A DNA stretch of 64,000 nucleotides from the human T2T-CHM13v2.0 reference genome, Homo sapiens, in the NCBI RefSeq assembly GCF_009914755.1, contig NC_060936.1; one strand, 5' to 3'. A program made the position numbers and the translations under genes. This document shows positions 14,648 to 26,790 of the stretch, one piece after another; positions within the stretch are counted from its first letter, which is position 1, and each line of letters opens with the position of its first letter. The notes under the pieces are model-generated. The model saw nothing but the letters and a program-made list of their open reading frames with translations, was not told the origin of the DNA and did not search any database.

Positions 14648-14875
14648 GTGAACCTAGAGTGTGGAATGATAGACAATGGAGACTCAGAAAGGTAAAGGGG
14701 TGAAAGGGGGCTGGATAATGAGAAATTATTTAATGAGGACGCTGTATGTGATTCTGGTGATGGATACACTAAAAGCCCTGACTTCACTGCTACACAGTAT
14801 ATCCATGGAACAAAATTATACTTGTACCCCATAAATTTACACAAATTTTAAAAATAGGAACAAAAAGAAAATTGA
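14648..14875 (+). mobile_element. L1M (L1MA/MB-like) 3' end
   Basis: ggtgatggatacactaaaagccctgacttcac...ttgtaccccataaatttac followed by A-rich tail. Confidence 0.85.
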
Positions 14876-15499
14876 AATTTTAAAAGAAGAAACTTTTGTA
14901 GGAGTCATAAACAGTTGACATTAATTGCTTTATTTGTACAGGTGGTCACAGATTCATAATTAGTAAATGGAAATACACTAAAAAGTTCATTGTGCCTTTT
15001 TTCCTATGTATTTGGCCATACTTGCACCTACCATGTCACTTGCAATCGTGGTAGCCTTTTACATGAGGTAGGTAGTTTACGTCTGCAGTTCCCACAGGCA
15101 CATAGATTTCCTTTTTCTTTCCAATAGGAGCCTCAAGAAAATGAAGCTTTGGTTGTTTCATCAGCAGTGGCTTTGATGAACCTTTTGGCTCACATATCCA
15201 TTAACTGACTCAGTAAGAAAACATCTGCATTAAGGATGTTTTCAAGGCTGGAATGACTTTCTTATAAGTGTACTAAACAGAATGCCAAGCCCACAGGAAG
15301 CACTGGCAACAGAAAGTTCAGAGTTGGCCAATTTAATCCTCAATGCTTCTCAAGCACAACTTAATTGAGGAAAACTTCACAGACAGATGGAACGATAGCA
15401 TATATAAACTCTATATGAATATACATAACATATCTAAATCATTCCTCAGTCATCTTCTAAGTGCCCAGGTCATGGAGAATAAAATGGTTATTTACACAA

Positions 15500-15710
15500 T
15501 TACAGCATCAGAGGATTCTGCCACTTCCAATGTACTTTGTGATGGGTACTGAACCTTTCTTAGCCTCAGCTTCCTCATCTATAAAATGGGGTGAAGGGAA
15601 ACGTAAGAAATTACCTCTACAGTTATTGAAAGAATTAAATAAAATGATAATTATAAAAAGTGCCAGGTCTGGAACTTAGAAATCATTCAGTCAATATGAC
15701 CTATTAATAG
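15500..15710 (+). mobile_element. MIR
   Basis: cctcagcttcctcatctataaaatgggg core. Confidence 0.7.
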
Positions 15711-17124
15711 CTGTAAAATACGAGAGCGCCAATCATCACATTGCTCTGGTGGCTTCCCTGCTCCAAGTAGTCATTCTGATGTTCTGTGTCCTACATCAGC
15801 CTTTCCTGTCTCCTTGTTCTCTGCATCCCTCCACTGTTCTTAGATCTCTCAACCATCTGCAAAAGTGAAAGGAAATTTCTACATATCAAGATCCCCATGG
15901 TATGACATAACCTAAAACACGAAATTTAAATTTCCTTCAGGTACCCTCTTTTTAAAGACATGACATAATCTATGACATTTTATTACCATTATTTTTATTC
16001 ATATGATAACACTTTGCCTTTTTCCCCAAAGGTTTCCTGGCCCTTACTTAATCTATCTTACATCTTATAAATCCTTACCACTGAATGCTTATTTTCCTAA
16101 GCCCAAATCTTTATCTTCTAAATCCTTTCTTGCCCCTATTTGTTCATGATGCAATAAAAGGTCACCAATGAAATTACAAAATGCCTTAAGTGAACGTTTT
16201 AAGTGAATGACTATAATTTACTTTATAATTTTTGACCTGCTATGGTCTTACTTTCAAATATTGCAGAGAGAACTTTGCTACTTGTTTTACAGGGCCATTT
16301 CCTTGAAATGTAATTACAAGCTGAAAAAGCAGTCCTAGGGGATTACTTAATGTATGTCCTTTACTAATTCCAAGGACAGTCAAAAAGTTTTCAACTCGAA
16401 GGATGATTGTTCAAACTGCCCACACCAACCAAGGTTTAGTGTTCATAATCTGGATGAAACCATTTTCTTATTTAGAGTTCAAGGGGTTAAAAAATTATTA
16501 CTGTCTCTGGCAAGAGGTTGTTTGGGAACTATATTGACTGGCTTGTTTCCTAAACATATTGGCTCCACGGCGCTACAAAGACTGAAAAGTATTTTCCTCC
16601 AGCAGCTGGGCCAAGATAAATTGAAAACTAACAGGGAGACAGTATGTCAATTTCAAAGATACTGGTATTATAATAGCTGTGGTTTTAAAATACAAATCCC
16701 AGTCATTCGCTTTGTGGGAAAATTGGTACAAGAATATTTGATGGCTAAAAGACTGAAGAGCACCAAGGCTCCAACACAAGAACCGACAGTCTGGAGATGC
16801 CAGCTCCTGGCAGGGAAGAGACCTCGGAACCAGTTCAGCTTTTTGCTCTGTCACTGCACTCTGCCATTTAGTTCTGGTTGGGGAGAAGGCAGAGACTGAC
16901 TGAGCTGACATCTCTGACTGTGATTTTTACATCTTCAAAAACAGCAGCAATTTCTCCATTATGGTGTCCTTTAAGATTGATTTCATTGCAACATCTGAGA
17001 CTTGTATTATCTAATGACACAAGAGTAACATGGTAACAAAAGCGCTCGGGGTCACCCTGTTTGACTATCTTCACAGTTAGCCTTAAAGGCTTCAGTCTGG
17101 GACAGTTATTCTGAGGTTTCTTAC

Positions 17125-17635
17125 TGATAATGACAGAAGGCAGACAAATGCCTAGATAGACACGGGCAGGTCCTGGCGAAACCCCACCTCCAAGTTGCAG
17201 ACAGTTTAAAGCCTGAAAGCCAAGCTACAAGTTAAATCCTCGGACTGGATTGAGACCCCACCTGCCCGTTTGGCACACTTTCCTCTGATTGATCCCCACC
17301 GTTCACCTATTTTTCATATACCCACACTTTCCTAATTGGCTTTCTACACTGTCATGTCCACCTTTGAGTGGCATCTTTGCTTTGACCTTTTTGCACAGTC
17401 ACAAATCAATCAATACAAGCTACCTATTCTGAGCCCATAAAAAGCCCCAGGCTCAGCCATATTGAGAACTTTACTGCCTTTGGGTAGGGGGACCACCCCT
17501 GCTAAAAGCTGTTTCATCATTCAATGAAGCTCCCCGCCTTGCTCACTCTTCAAATTTCTGTGTGCCTACTTCTTCCTGGTCATGAGACAAGAACCCAGAC
17601 CTAGCTGAGCTAACGAGCAAAAAAATCCCTCATCA
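17125..17635 (+). mobile_element. ERV1 solo LTR (MER61/LTR20-like)
   Basis: TG...CA termini, near-identical 4-bp TSD ttac/ttat, CCAAT-like and cccataaaaag TATA region. Confidence 0.8.
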
Positions 17636-17779
17636 TTATGTTGACTGCTTCCAATGTGAGGATTTTCCCCTCCACTCTCTATTAATGAACTCCAAGTCTC
17701 TTTATATTTATACCAAAACATAGGCTCTAGGTACACCAGGATACACTTGGTGATTGTATCCACCAAAACTAAGCAGCTG

Positions 17780-18530
17780 AACTCATTCATTCATTCATTC
17801 ATCATTCCACTAAAATTTATTGAATCTCTACCATGTCTCAAGCACTATGCTACAAACTGAGACACATAACTCCCTATCATCCAGAATTAAACACTATCCC
17901 TGGAGAGGTTTCCAGCTGGTAAGAGAAGGCAACTTCAATCAAATACTTATAGAATTGAATATGAAGTTGCAAATGAAAGGTACCTGGTGCTCTGGGGACC
18001 AGCCCCCTCCTCCCCAGGAAATGGTTCTCAAACAAGATGTAAGGGATCAATGTAAGTTAATTAGGTAAGAGGAGGCAACAGTCTTCCAGGAAAATGGATA
18101 GCATGTGGAAAACCTCTACAGAAGAAGACAGCACAGTGTTTGTGAGGATATGAAAGAAGGCCAGTAAAGCAAGGTATGAGGATGAGAAGCAACATTGTGG
18201 AAATTGATGCTGGAGCCACAGGAAGAGATCAGGCCTTAAGGGGTTTATCTTTATCCTAAAAATCAATGGGAAGACAATCAAGGGTTTTAAGCAAAATGAT
18301 TGCATGATCTGATTTGCATTTTAAAAAGCTAACTCAAGCTACAGCGTGGTAATGGACTGGAGAAGAGGCCAGATTAGATACAAAAAGCCCAGAAGATAAC
18401 TTTTGCAGAATTCTAGACAAGAGGCCATTGTCATTTGAAATGAGATGGTAAAGACAATGAGAGAAAATAAGAAGTGGATGTGAGAAAAAGAAATTATCTT
18501 CACAAGTATCAAAATGTCCATCAGCTCCAT
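17780..18530 (-). mobile_element. L2
   Basis: (TTCA)n tail, then reverse L2 body (catgatctgatttgcattttaaaaag). Confidence 0.8.
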
Positions 18531-19307
18531 CCAATAACAATTTCTTAAGAATAATATATGTCTTAAAAGAGAATAAGAATAGCGAAAAGAAATAAAAACA
18601 AAATAACTACATGCCCAGAACCAATATTGTGGCTTGACTTTTAAAATGTACGATCTTGTTATTTCAAGATTAGGATGAAGTCCTGCACACTTAGAGGGTG
18701 ACTGTCCACACACCATCACACACGCCACGCTCTATCGTGAGCATCCAGGACCTTTCCTTCTTCCATCGCTGTTGCCTGGATTGACCTAGGTTGACGTAAC
18801 TTGATGCCATGTGGGTGCAAAGGTTTTGGGAAAAGCAGCCATCCATTTCATCATTCATTCAGCACATTTTAATTTACCACCTGCTATGTTATGTGCCAGA
18901 CCCTGTCTATGTGCTGCCTTCAAAAGGCTCACAGTGTGGTCAGCAGAAAGCATGTGAGCCAGTAACTGTTATTCAATAACAATGTTGACAATTCAGTTAT
19001 TGAATTGTTATACAATAATTGTTATTCAGTTGTATTAAGAGAGATATATACAAATTTGGGGGGGAGAAAATAGATTTTTAATCAACACTGCCAGGTGGTT
19101 GAGACTTGGGAGAGGGAACTGGGAAGGTTTGCAGAAATGATGCTTTGGCTGGATCTTGAAAAATAAACAAGAATTCATCAGATAAGGATAGGAAGGGCAT
19201 TTTGGGCAGAAGGAACAACATGTACAAATGTGAAGACAAAACGAAAAAACGAATTGTTCTGGGAAATGCAAGTCACTTAGTAAAAGTAAAAAGTAATGAG
19301 GGGCTGG

Positions 19308-19599
19308 GGCTGGGCATGGTGGCTCACGCCTGTAATCCCAACAATTTGAGAGGCCAAGGGCGGGTGTATCACTTGAGGTCAGAAGTTCAAGACCAGCCTG
19401 GCCAACATGGTGAAACCCCATCTCTATGAGAAATACAAAAATTAGCCAGGCATGGTGGTGCACACCTATAGTCCCAGCTACTCGGAGGCTGAGGCAGGAG
19501 AATCACTTGAGCCCCGGGGGCAGAGGTTGCAGTGAGCAGAGGTCACACCACTGCACTCCAGCCTGGATGACAGAGTGAGACTCCGTCTCAAAAAAAAAA
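19308..19599 (+). mobile_element. AluS-type inserted in an L2 remnant
   Basis: Full dimer; TSD aaaag(t/c)aatgagg(g/a)gctgg at 19289-19307 and 19596-19614. Confidence 0.95.
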
Positions 19600-20214
19600 G
19601 CAATGAGGAGCTGGAGGAAGCAGATGGATGGCAATTGGTAAGCTTATATTAGCTGACATTCTCAGAGAGTTCATATCGTGAAGACCTTGTGTGACACTCT
19701 AAGGGATTTGAATTTTATCATACAGGTTGTAACCAGGAAGGATGAACCTGCTCAAGATTGATCCCCTGTCAACAGGAAAAAGATGTGGGCTCCTGTAGAG
19801 CTGCATGGAAACCAGATGGGGCTCAGTGCCCAAGGCCCTCTATCCTGATCAGTAGCAAGGCTTGGATTCCCACTACTCTCAGCAAGCCAAGGAAGAAACT
19901 AGCTCTTCTGCAACTATAAGCTGATGCAATAAATCCCATTTGTGTTCCCCATCCCTCACCCACTGCCTGAGCTCTTCTGTAGCTGGGGTGAGGTGCTGGC
20001 AGTGCTCCGGGAACTGGGCCTGCAGCCTTCCTATTCCAGTACTGCTGTGAGTCAGGGGAATGATATGGAGGGAGGATCTAGCGCAGCAGCCTCCAGGCAG
20101 GATTCAGCACAACACTGGGGAGTGATCATTCCCTCAGGCCTCTGCCTACCAAGGACTGGGCTTGTCACTGGGAAAACACAAAACATTACACAACCTAGCA
20201 ACAACAAAAAAACT

Positions 20215-20900
20215 AGTCCTCTTAGAATTTCATGCACTTTGATTTTTTTAGGGCTTGTGCCCTGTTTCACTTGTAGAATGCTTGTATTGAGTAAAAAGGA
20301 GATGTCCTAATATTCAAAGCAGCTAAACGTCCTCTTTGCCATAAAGACCCATGTAACTAACTGTGTGAACACTCGGGATTTTTCTCCTCTGTCCCGAGGT
20401 TGTCGTCTGCTTTCTTTTTTGGGTTTCTTTCTAGAAGATGGAGAAGTGCAAGTGACAGGGGCTGAGAGCAACCCCCAAACACGCAAGCTCTCAGCCATGG
20501 GCAGCTTCTCCACAGCCCCAGCTTAGCACAAGCTCCTGGAGGGCTGCCTGGGGGAGGCAGTCATGGAAGTGCCAAGGTGGCCAGATGGTTCCAGGACCAC
20601 AGTGTCTTTATTTTTAACTGTTTGCCACTGCCACCCCCACCCCTGCCCGACTCTGGAGTACTGTCTTCCCCAGACAAGCAGGAGTGAAGTGGAGGGGGGA
20701 AAGCACTGATTCTCAGTTGGGGTGTTCCTAACTGAGCAGTAGGGATAGAAGGTGTGAGCCTGGGAGTGCTTTTATAAATTATTTTTCTTGTAGATTTTAT
20801 TTTTAATTTATGTCTGTGACCTGCCAGGAAGAGGGGAGAGAGAGAGAAAAAGAGATGCTGTTGAACACATGACAAAATAAAATAAAATGGAAAAAAAAAA
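20215..20900 (+). pseudogene. Probable processed-pseudogene fragment (mRNA 3'UTR-only retrocopy), parent gene not identified
   Basis: Non-TE, UTR-like sequence ending in tandem AATAAA (aaaataaaataaaa) followed closely by an A run at ~20890-20900. 5' boundary approximate; no clear TSD. Confidence 0.65.
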
Positions 20901-21402
20901 GGCCACCGTTTCTGGCCATCTATGTCATTCAACTGTATCTGCAAGACTTGTACCTGAGTCACCCATCATAGCTACATTGGCTTTCTATTCCCTACAAACA
21001 CTAAGTTGATAAAAGAGGCCAAAGCCAGGGTTCTGCCCTATCTTAGTAAGTATGTTATATCTCAGTCTCTCAATCACCCCAGGGGAATGGTTGGTGCATC
21101 CCTAATTACAGAACTACAAAGCCCAGTGTAGTTTCAGGTTCCCTTTCTTAGAGGGTAGAATTTCCTTATTTTTAATAATAAAACGCAACAGCATATCTAC
21201 TAGCTGCTCCTTGTCCTTCATGAGTTTTCTCTGTGAATGCTGCTCCAGCTGACTTAGTCTGCCGTTTAGCCACTTGCTCATCTGCATGGCAAGTAGTGAA
21301 GAGTGAGTTAAGAGATGTCACACACACCAGTTTACATTTTATAACAACAAAATTGGCAGAGGGTGGAGGATGTCACAGAAAGGCAAATTCATAATAGTGA
21401 AC

Positions 21403-21700
<298 letters not shown>

Positions 21701-24700
21701 TGTGAAACTTTTTTGAAAGTTCTTGAATTAGTATAGATAACAGATGATAAACCTTGACTTAACCCAGTGGCAGTGAGGTAAGAAAAGAGGGGATTGATTC
21801 AGGAAATATTTATGAAATAAACTTGGATTTGGACAGTGAAATTCAAACATAAGACCCTGGTGTCCAGCTCAAGTGACTGAGTAGACGATAGTGTCATTAC
21901 CTGAGATCAGGAATAGAAGAAAAGAAGTAGGAGAAAGGGACAGAATTGTGAGCATGTAAAAGGTAAGGAACCTATGGAACATTGAGGACAGTATCCAATA
22001 GGTGCAGAACCGGATCTATTTTTACTCACTATTATTTCCCCAGGAACTAGCACAGTCCCTACCACACAGCAGTAGTTGCTCAATAAGTACTTCATGAATG
22101 AGTGGTCGAACACTTATTTTACTTACATAGAATCATGAAAATTTCAGGAAAGCATAGTTGTGCTGGCAGCAGGGCATATTTATTTAGGTGACAAGTCCAA
22201 TCAATGTGTAAGGCAATCTTCTATGCATCAAATCCTTGCTTTAAATTTAATTCTAACCTTGATGTTATTTTGTAGATTTTTGATTTACATTAAATTTTAT
22301 AGTTTGTGTAGAAATACTGTGTTTTTTTCTTGAGTCCAGAAATATCACTGAACTTTTTTGGATTTTAAAATATCCTCAAACAATCTCCATGTCAGGCATC
22401 TGGAAGCACCTACAAACTGTAGCAACTTCAGTTCTTACTGACCTTGGGTGTCATAGTCAAAGACTATGTAAGAGTATAACAAGAAAAGACAATCAGGAAA
22501 TTTATAAATTATGGCTACAGAACTAACCATACTTTGTGAATATACTATCCTCTGAATAGTATATTAGACCCAAGATGTATATAAAATCAGAGTGGATTGA
22601 ACTCTAGAAACAGAAAAATGTAAACAAAATAATCAGATGATACATATTGTATATGGGGCTGTTAGCCAGTGCTTCATTAACTGCAGACACCCCAGGTGAA
22701 GTGATTATCAAATTAATTTACAATTGCATTTCTCTCAGCACTTATTTTCTTTTTCTTAGCAAAGAGTTAAAATTCTGAAATCTCAAGAATAGAGTCTGAA
22801 TAGACAGGAAAAATAAAACTTGGCAAGAAAAAAAACCTATGCATAATAATTTTCAGAGTATAAAATGTTGTCTTACCCTCAAAAAGCACTTTTGTTTCCT
22901 TTACAATCAGCAGATGTTGACCCATGCCCATCTATCCTAAATTTTCTCACCACACTTATCCACTTACCTATTTTTCTGACAAACTGCTAATATAATTTCT
23001 TAATTACCTAACAATTTTCCCAAATCCTCTCCTTACACTTAGTTTTTGCTCTCTCTGTATTGTCAGCCTCCACAGAGCTAGACATTGAAGACAGTAAGAA
23101 CCTAAATGTTTTTGTCTGAAAAATTCTACTCATTTATCCAGCCTACTTCTCAATCTCTATATACACCTGAACCTACAGCTGGGGTTCAGACTGAGCCCTG
23201 AGCAATGTGGGTCAATCTTGGCCTTTAGGGGAATGATTGGGCATGGTCACCTGAAGCTATGGGAATCACTACCAAGTTACACTTGTGTTCTGGCCCTGGC
23301 TTTGAGGTATGGCTCTAGTAACTTGGTTTATGACTTAATTTCAAAACATAACCCCAGGCTGCCCTTCCAGGTCCCTGCCTCCCAGCCCATACCAAGTTCC
23401 AGTAACTGTGCTTCAGCCTTGCTTACAAAAACAGTCCCTAATTTTGGCCCCAGTGCTAGGATGCTCACCTGGTTCACTTGTGTTCCTGCTGTGATAAATG
23501 ATCAGTTCCCAAACCTCTAGAAGTCAGAGGCTCTGGCTTCTTCTGACCAGTACCCTTGGAAGCTGCCAGTTGTCAAAACCTCCAGCGTAGAGACTGGGAA
23601 CTTGAAGTCAATTGTTTTAACCGGATCTCTGGGTATAGCTCCATCCACCCCATTTTCATCTCTGCATTCTGCATACTAGCAGCACATCATGTTACTCCTT
23701 ATTATCTTCTGGTTATTGCCAACAGTGTTCCACAGTAAGAACTGCAATACCCCTTTCTGGCTACTGGCTGGACTTCCTTTTAGCCCCCAAAGCTATGTTC
23801 ACTCCCTATCCTATCCCTAGCCAACCCCTTTCCCCATTGTGTTGGGCAAGTCAAGCTTCAGGGTCGGTCTCTTCAATCTACTCAGAAGTTCTGAACACTG
23901 AAGATAACAGGGTAGAGCTAGTCAGGCCATAAGTGATTAAAAAATGTTGTGCTAGCTCACCTGTGATCTAAGAATGTTTGGCCATCAATGGAAGGAAGAC
24001 AGTGAATTAGAAGGAAGATAGTGAATTGATCTGAACATAGACAAACACTCTGAAAACGTTCTCTGTGCATAGTCATACCTCTTGATTATTTGACCAAATT
24101 AATTAAGCCAGAGAAAATTCAGGGTTGAAATGATACCTCTCTATAAGTTAATCAAATATGTCTATGCATTTAAGCGACTCCTAATAGAGTTTAAAAGTAC
24201 AAATGAGCATATTAATAGAAATGAAACAGAGGCTTCCTAGTATCCAAACAAATGCTCAAAACTAAATTAAAATCGGAGGCAAATTCCTTTCTACACTTGG
24301 ACCTTTGTAAGAGCAACCAAGATTAAGAAACTAATCAAAGAAAAAAAACTAAAGGTATACCAGGTTCTCCTGCAGGGAAACACCCTGTCATGTCACCACA
24401 CCTAAGAAGAAAATGTTATATGGAACAGTAACACCTCCTAAGAAAAGCTATCACTCCCGTCAGGCCTACGGGATGAGATGTGACTCAGTGGTAATTGGTG
24501 TCATGAATTCTTTTCAATTATTCCCAGGAAGCTAGAATCCTGAGCCATAATCGGTCTTTGTATGAAATTTTACACATTGTCAAGTAATTTAGAAAGATCT
24601 ACACCATGGCAAGATAGAGCATTCCTTTATTTTTCATTTTGTTCTCAACCATAGACAACCTGCAAATTTTCATTAAAGAAAGGTCTTAATTTTCAATTAT

Positions 24701-25199
24701 TTCTAAATTTGAAAAACAAGACATCTTAAAGTTCCCATCAGCTATTCTTCTGAGCAACTCCATTGCACTACCTCACTTCTAATCGATTGTTTTCCTTTCC
24801 CTATGAAGATAACAGATATTTGGACATCCAGTGATGATCCATTTTCCTGCTCTTCTCAGTTACACAGCAATTTGAAGAACAGTGGATATCAATTCATTGT
24901 TCAGATCACAATCTTAATTCACTAGAAGTTAATGATTTATTTCACCTTGCTCTTTTACTTTACTGTAATTATTATCCAAATATAATGAAACAAAGACTGT
25001 AACATTCTCTGTTACTACTTTATGTTTTCCGAAATCCCAGCTTCAACACCTTTATTTCTTTTCACTGTCCTGTAAAATTGATTTCACCCTTTTTTTAGTG
25101 GTGTTTTAGTTTTTGTTTTGCTTCATGGGTTCCTGGCATTACCCAAATGCCAAGGCAATGCTAAAGTCCGTAAACACTTTGAGAGAAAATAACAGTAAT

Positions 25200-25440
25200 A
25201 ATATTATCATATGTTTTTATGGTGCATTCATTACAAAGCACTTTTAAACCCATTATCTCATTTTAACTTTGTTACTCATAATAATGATACTGAAATATAA
25301 AGACCAGGTATTATTTGTCCCAATGTGCAAATTATAAAATTCATGCTGAGAATGGTTCCATGACTTGTCTGGGATCATAAGCGTCATCATAGAAAGGCCA
25401 GGCTTAGGATCCAGATTTTTAGACTGCATACCCTAAACAG
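25200..25440 (-). mobile_element. MIR
   Basis: aaagcacttttaaacccattatctcattttaac...catgacttgtc reverse MIR. Confidence 0.6.
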
Positions 25441-25735
25441 TACTCTAGTGTTAGCATTAGGCCAAGAATGGCAGGGCCAATTACCTTAATTATTCAATAG
25501 TAGTGGAACCATGTTCTAGATTCCTATAACAAAGAAGCAATGCAAGGTTTCCCCTTTATAAAACTCAAAATAATGTAAATGCTCTTATTTCTCCTTTCAA
25601 CAGGGGATACCGGGGAGCTCAAAGCCAAAAAGAGACTAGAGTATTGTATGGGAAACTATGGTGTTGTATAGGATTCCATATCCTGTATAGCTACACTCTA
25701 CTTTTTCTCCCAAAAAGCTGCAAAAGAAATTTCTT

Positions 25736-26078
25736 GGCCAGGTGTAGTGGTTCATGCCTGCAATTTCAGCATTTTAGGAGGCCAAGATGGGTGGATTAGT
25801 TGAGTCCAGCATTCCTAGACCAGCCTGGTCAACATAACAAAACCTTGTCTCTACAAAAAAAAAAAAAAAAAATACAATAAAAAAAATACAAAGATTAGCC
25901 GGGTGTGGTAGCACACGCCTATAATCCCAGCTACTTGGGAGGCGGAGGTGGGAGGATCACTTGAGCCCCGAAGGTGGAGGCTTGCAGTGAGCCATGATCG
26001 TGCCACTGCATTTTTAGTTTATCAAACAGAGCAAGACCCTGTCTCAAAATAAAATAAAATAAAAATAAATTTAAAAAA
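25736..26078 (+). mobile_element. AluJ-type with expanded middle A tract
   Basis: Dimer, long A-rich linker, (AAAAT)n tail, flanking gaaatttct repeat. Confidence 0.93.
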
Positions 26079-26199
26079 TGAAATTTCTCCATTTCTTATA
26101 AAGGTATTCTTAGAAGTGAAAAACCTTAAAACAGTTTCAAGGTGACTGAGTGATAAGAATGAACTAATCCACTAGAATCCATGTCTTCTAAGGAAATAA

Positions 26200-26425
26200 A
26201 CCATAGAGTAAACACTAATACCTTTGAAATCAGACAGGCCAGGTTTCACATCCCAGCCCTTCCACCTACCAGCTCTGGGACCCTCAATAAGGTATTTAAC
26301 CCCTCTCAGTCTTAGCTTCATCCATGAAATGGAGGCAATAATAACAGCCACACAGAGTCGCTGTAAGGGCTGAGCGAGATAACATGTGAAGAAACTGAGG
26401 CAGCCCGTATAGTTGACAAACGCAA
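26200..26425 (+). mobile_element. MIR
   Basis: ctttgaaatcagacaggccaggtttcacatcccagc...ctcagtcttagcttcatccatgaaatgg. Confidence 0.7.
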
Positions 26426-26429
26426 GGCA

Positions 26430-26790
26430 TTTGCCTAAAGCTGGAAAACTGAACTTCCCAGGCTTTCTTGCAGTTAGACATGCCCATGTGACTCAGTCCT
26501 GATTAATGATACATGAGCAGGAATCTGTCCAGCTTTCCTCTTCTGTTTACTCCTTCTTTTTGCTGGGATCCTGAACCGAAACTGCGAAGTTCCTTGGCCA
26601 TCAGCTAAGGAGGTTTGAGTAGGAAGACAGGGGTCTGGGAGCTTGATGGCACACTACGTAGCCATCACTGAGCCCTAAACTACCTACCCTCTAATTCTTT
26701 ATTGCTTGAGATAAATAAGCAATTATTTGGTTCTGCCCCCCATCAGGTTTCTGTTATAAAGCAGCCAGATGGAAGCCTAACAATAGAACC
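26430..26790 (+). mobile_element. Old MaLR/ERVL LTR (MLT1J/K/L-like)
   Basis: cttcccaggctttcttgcagttag...catgtgactcagtcctg...ggtttctgttataaagcagcc motifs. Confidence 0.5.

Noticed and set aside
15129-15212. Plus-strand exon-like segment (ttccaatag|GAGCC...CTCA|gtaaga)
   Set aside because: Antisense to the host gene, has a stop in the best frame, and no partner exons were found; such pairs occur by chance.
23991-24028. 19-bp tandem duplication gaaggaaga(c/t)agtgaatt
   Set aside because: Ordinary short slippage duplication.
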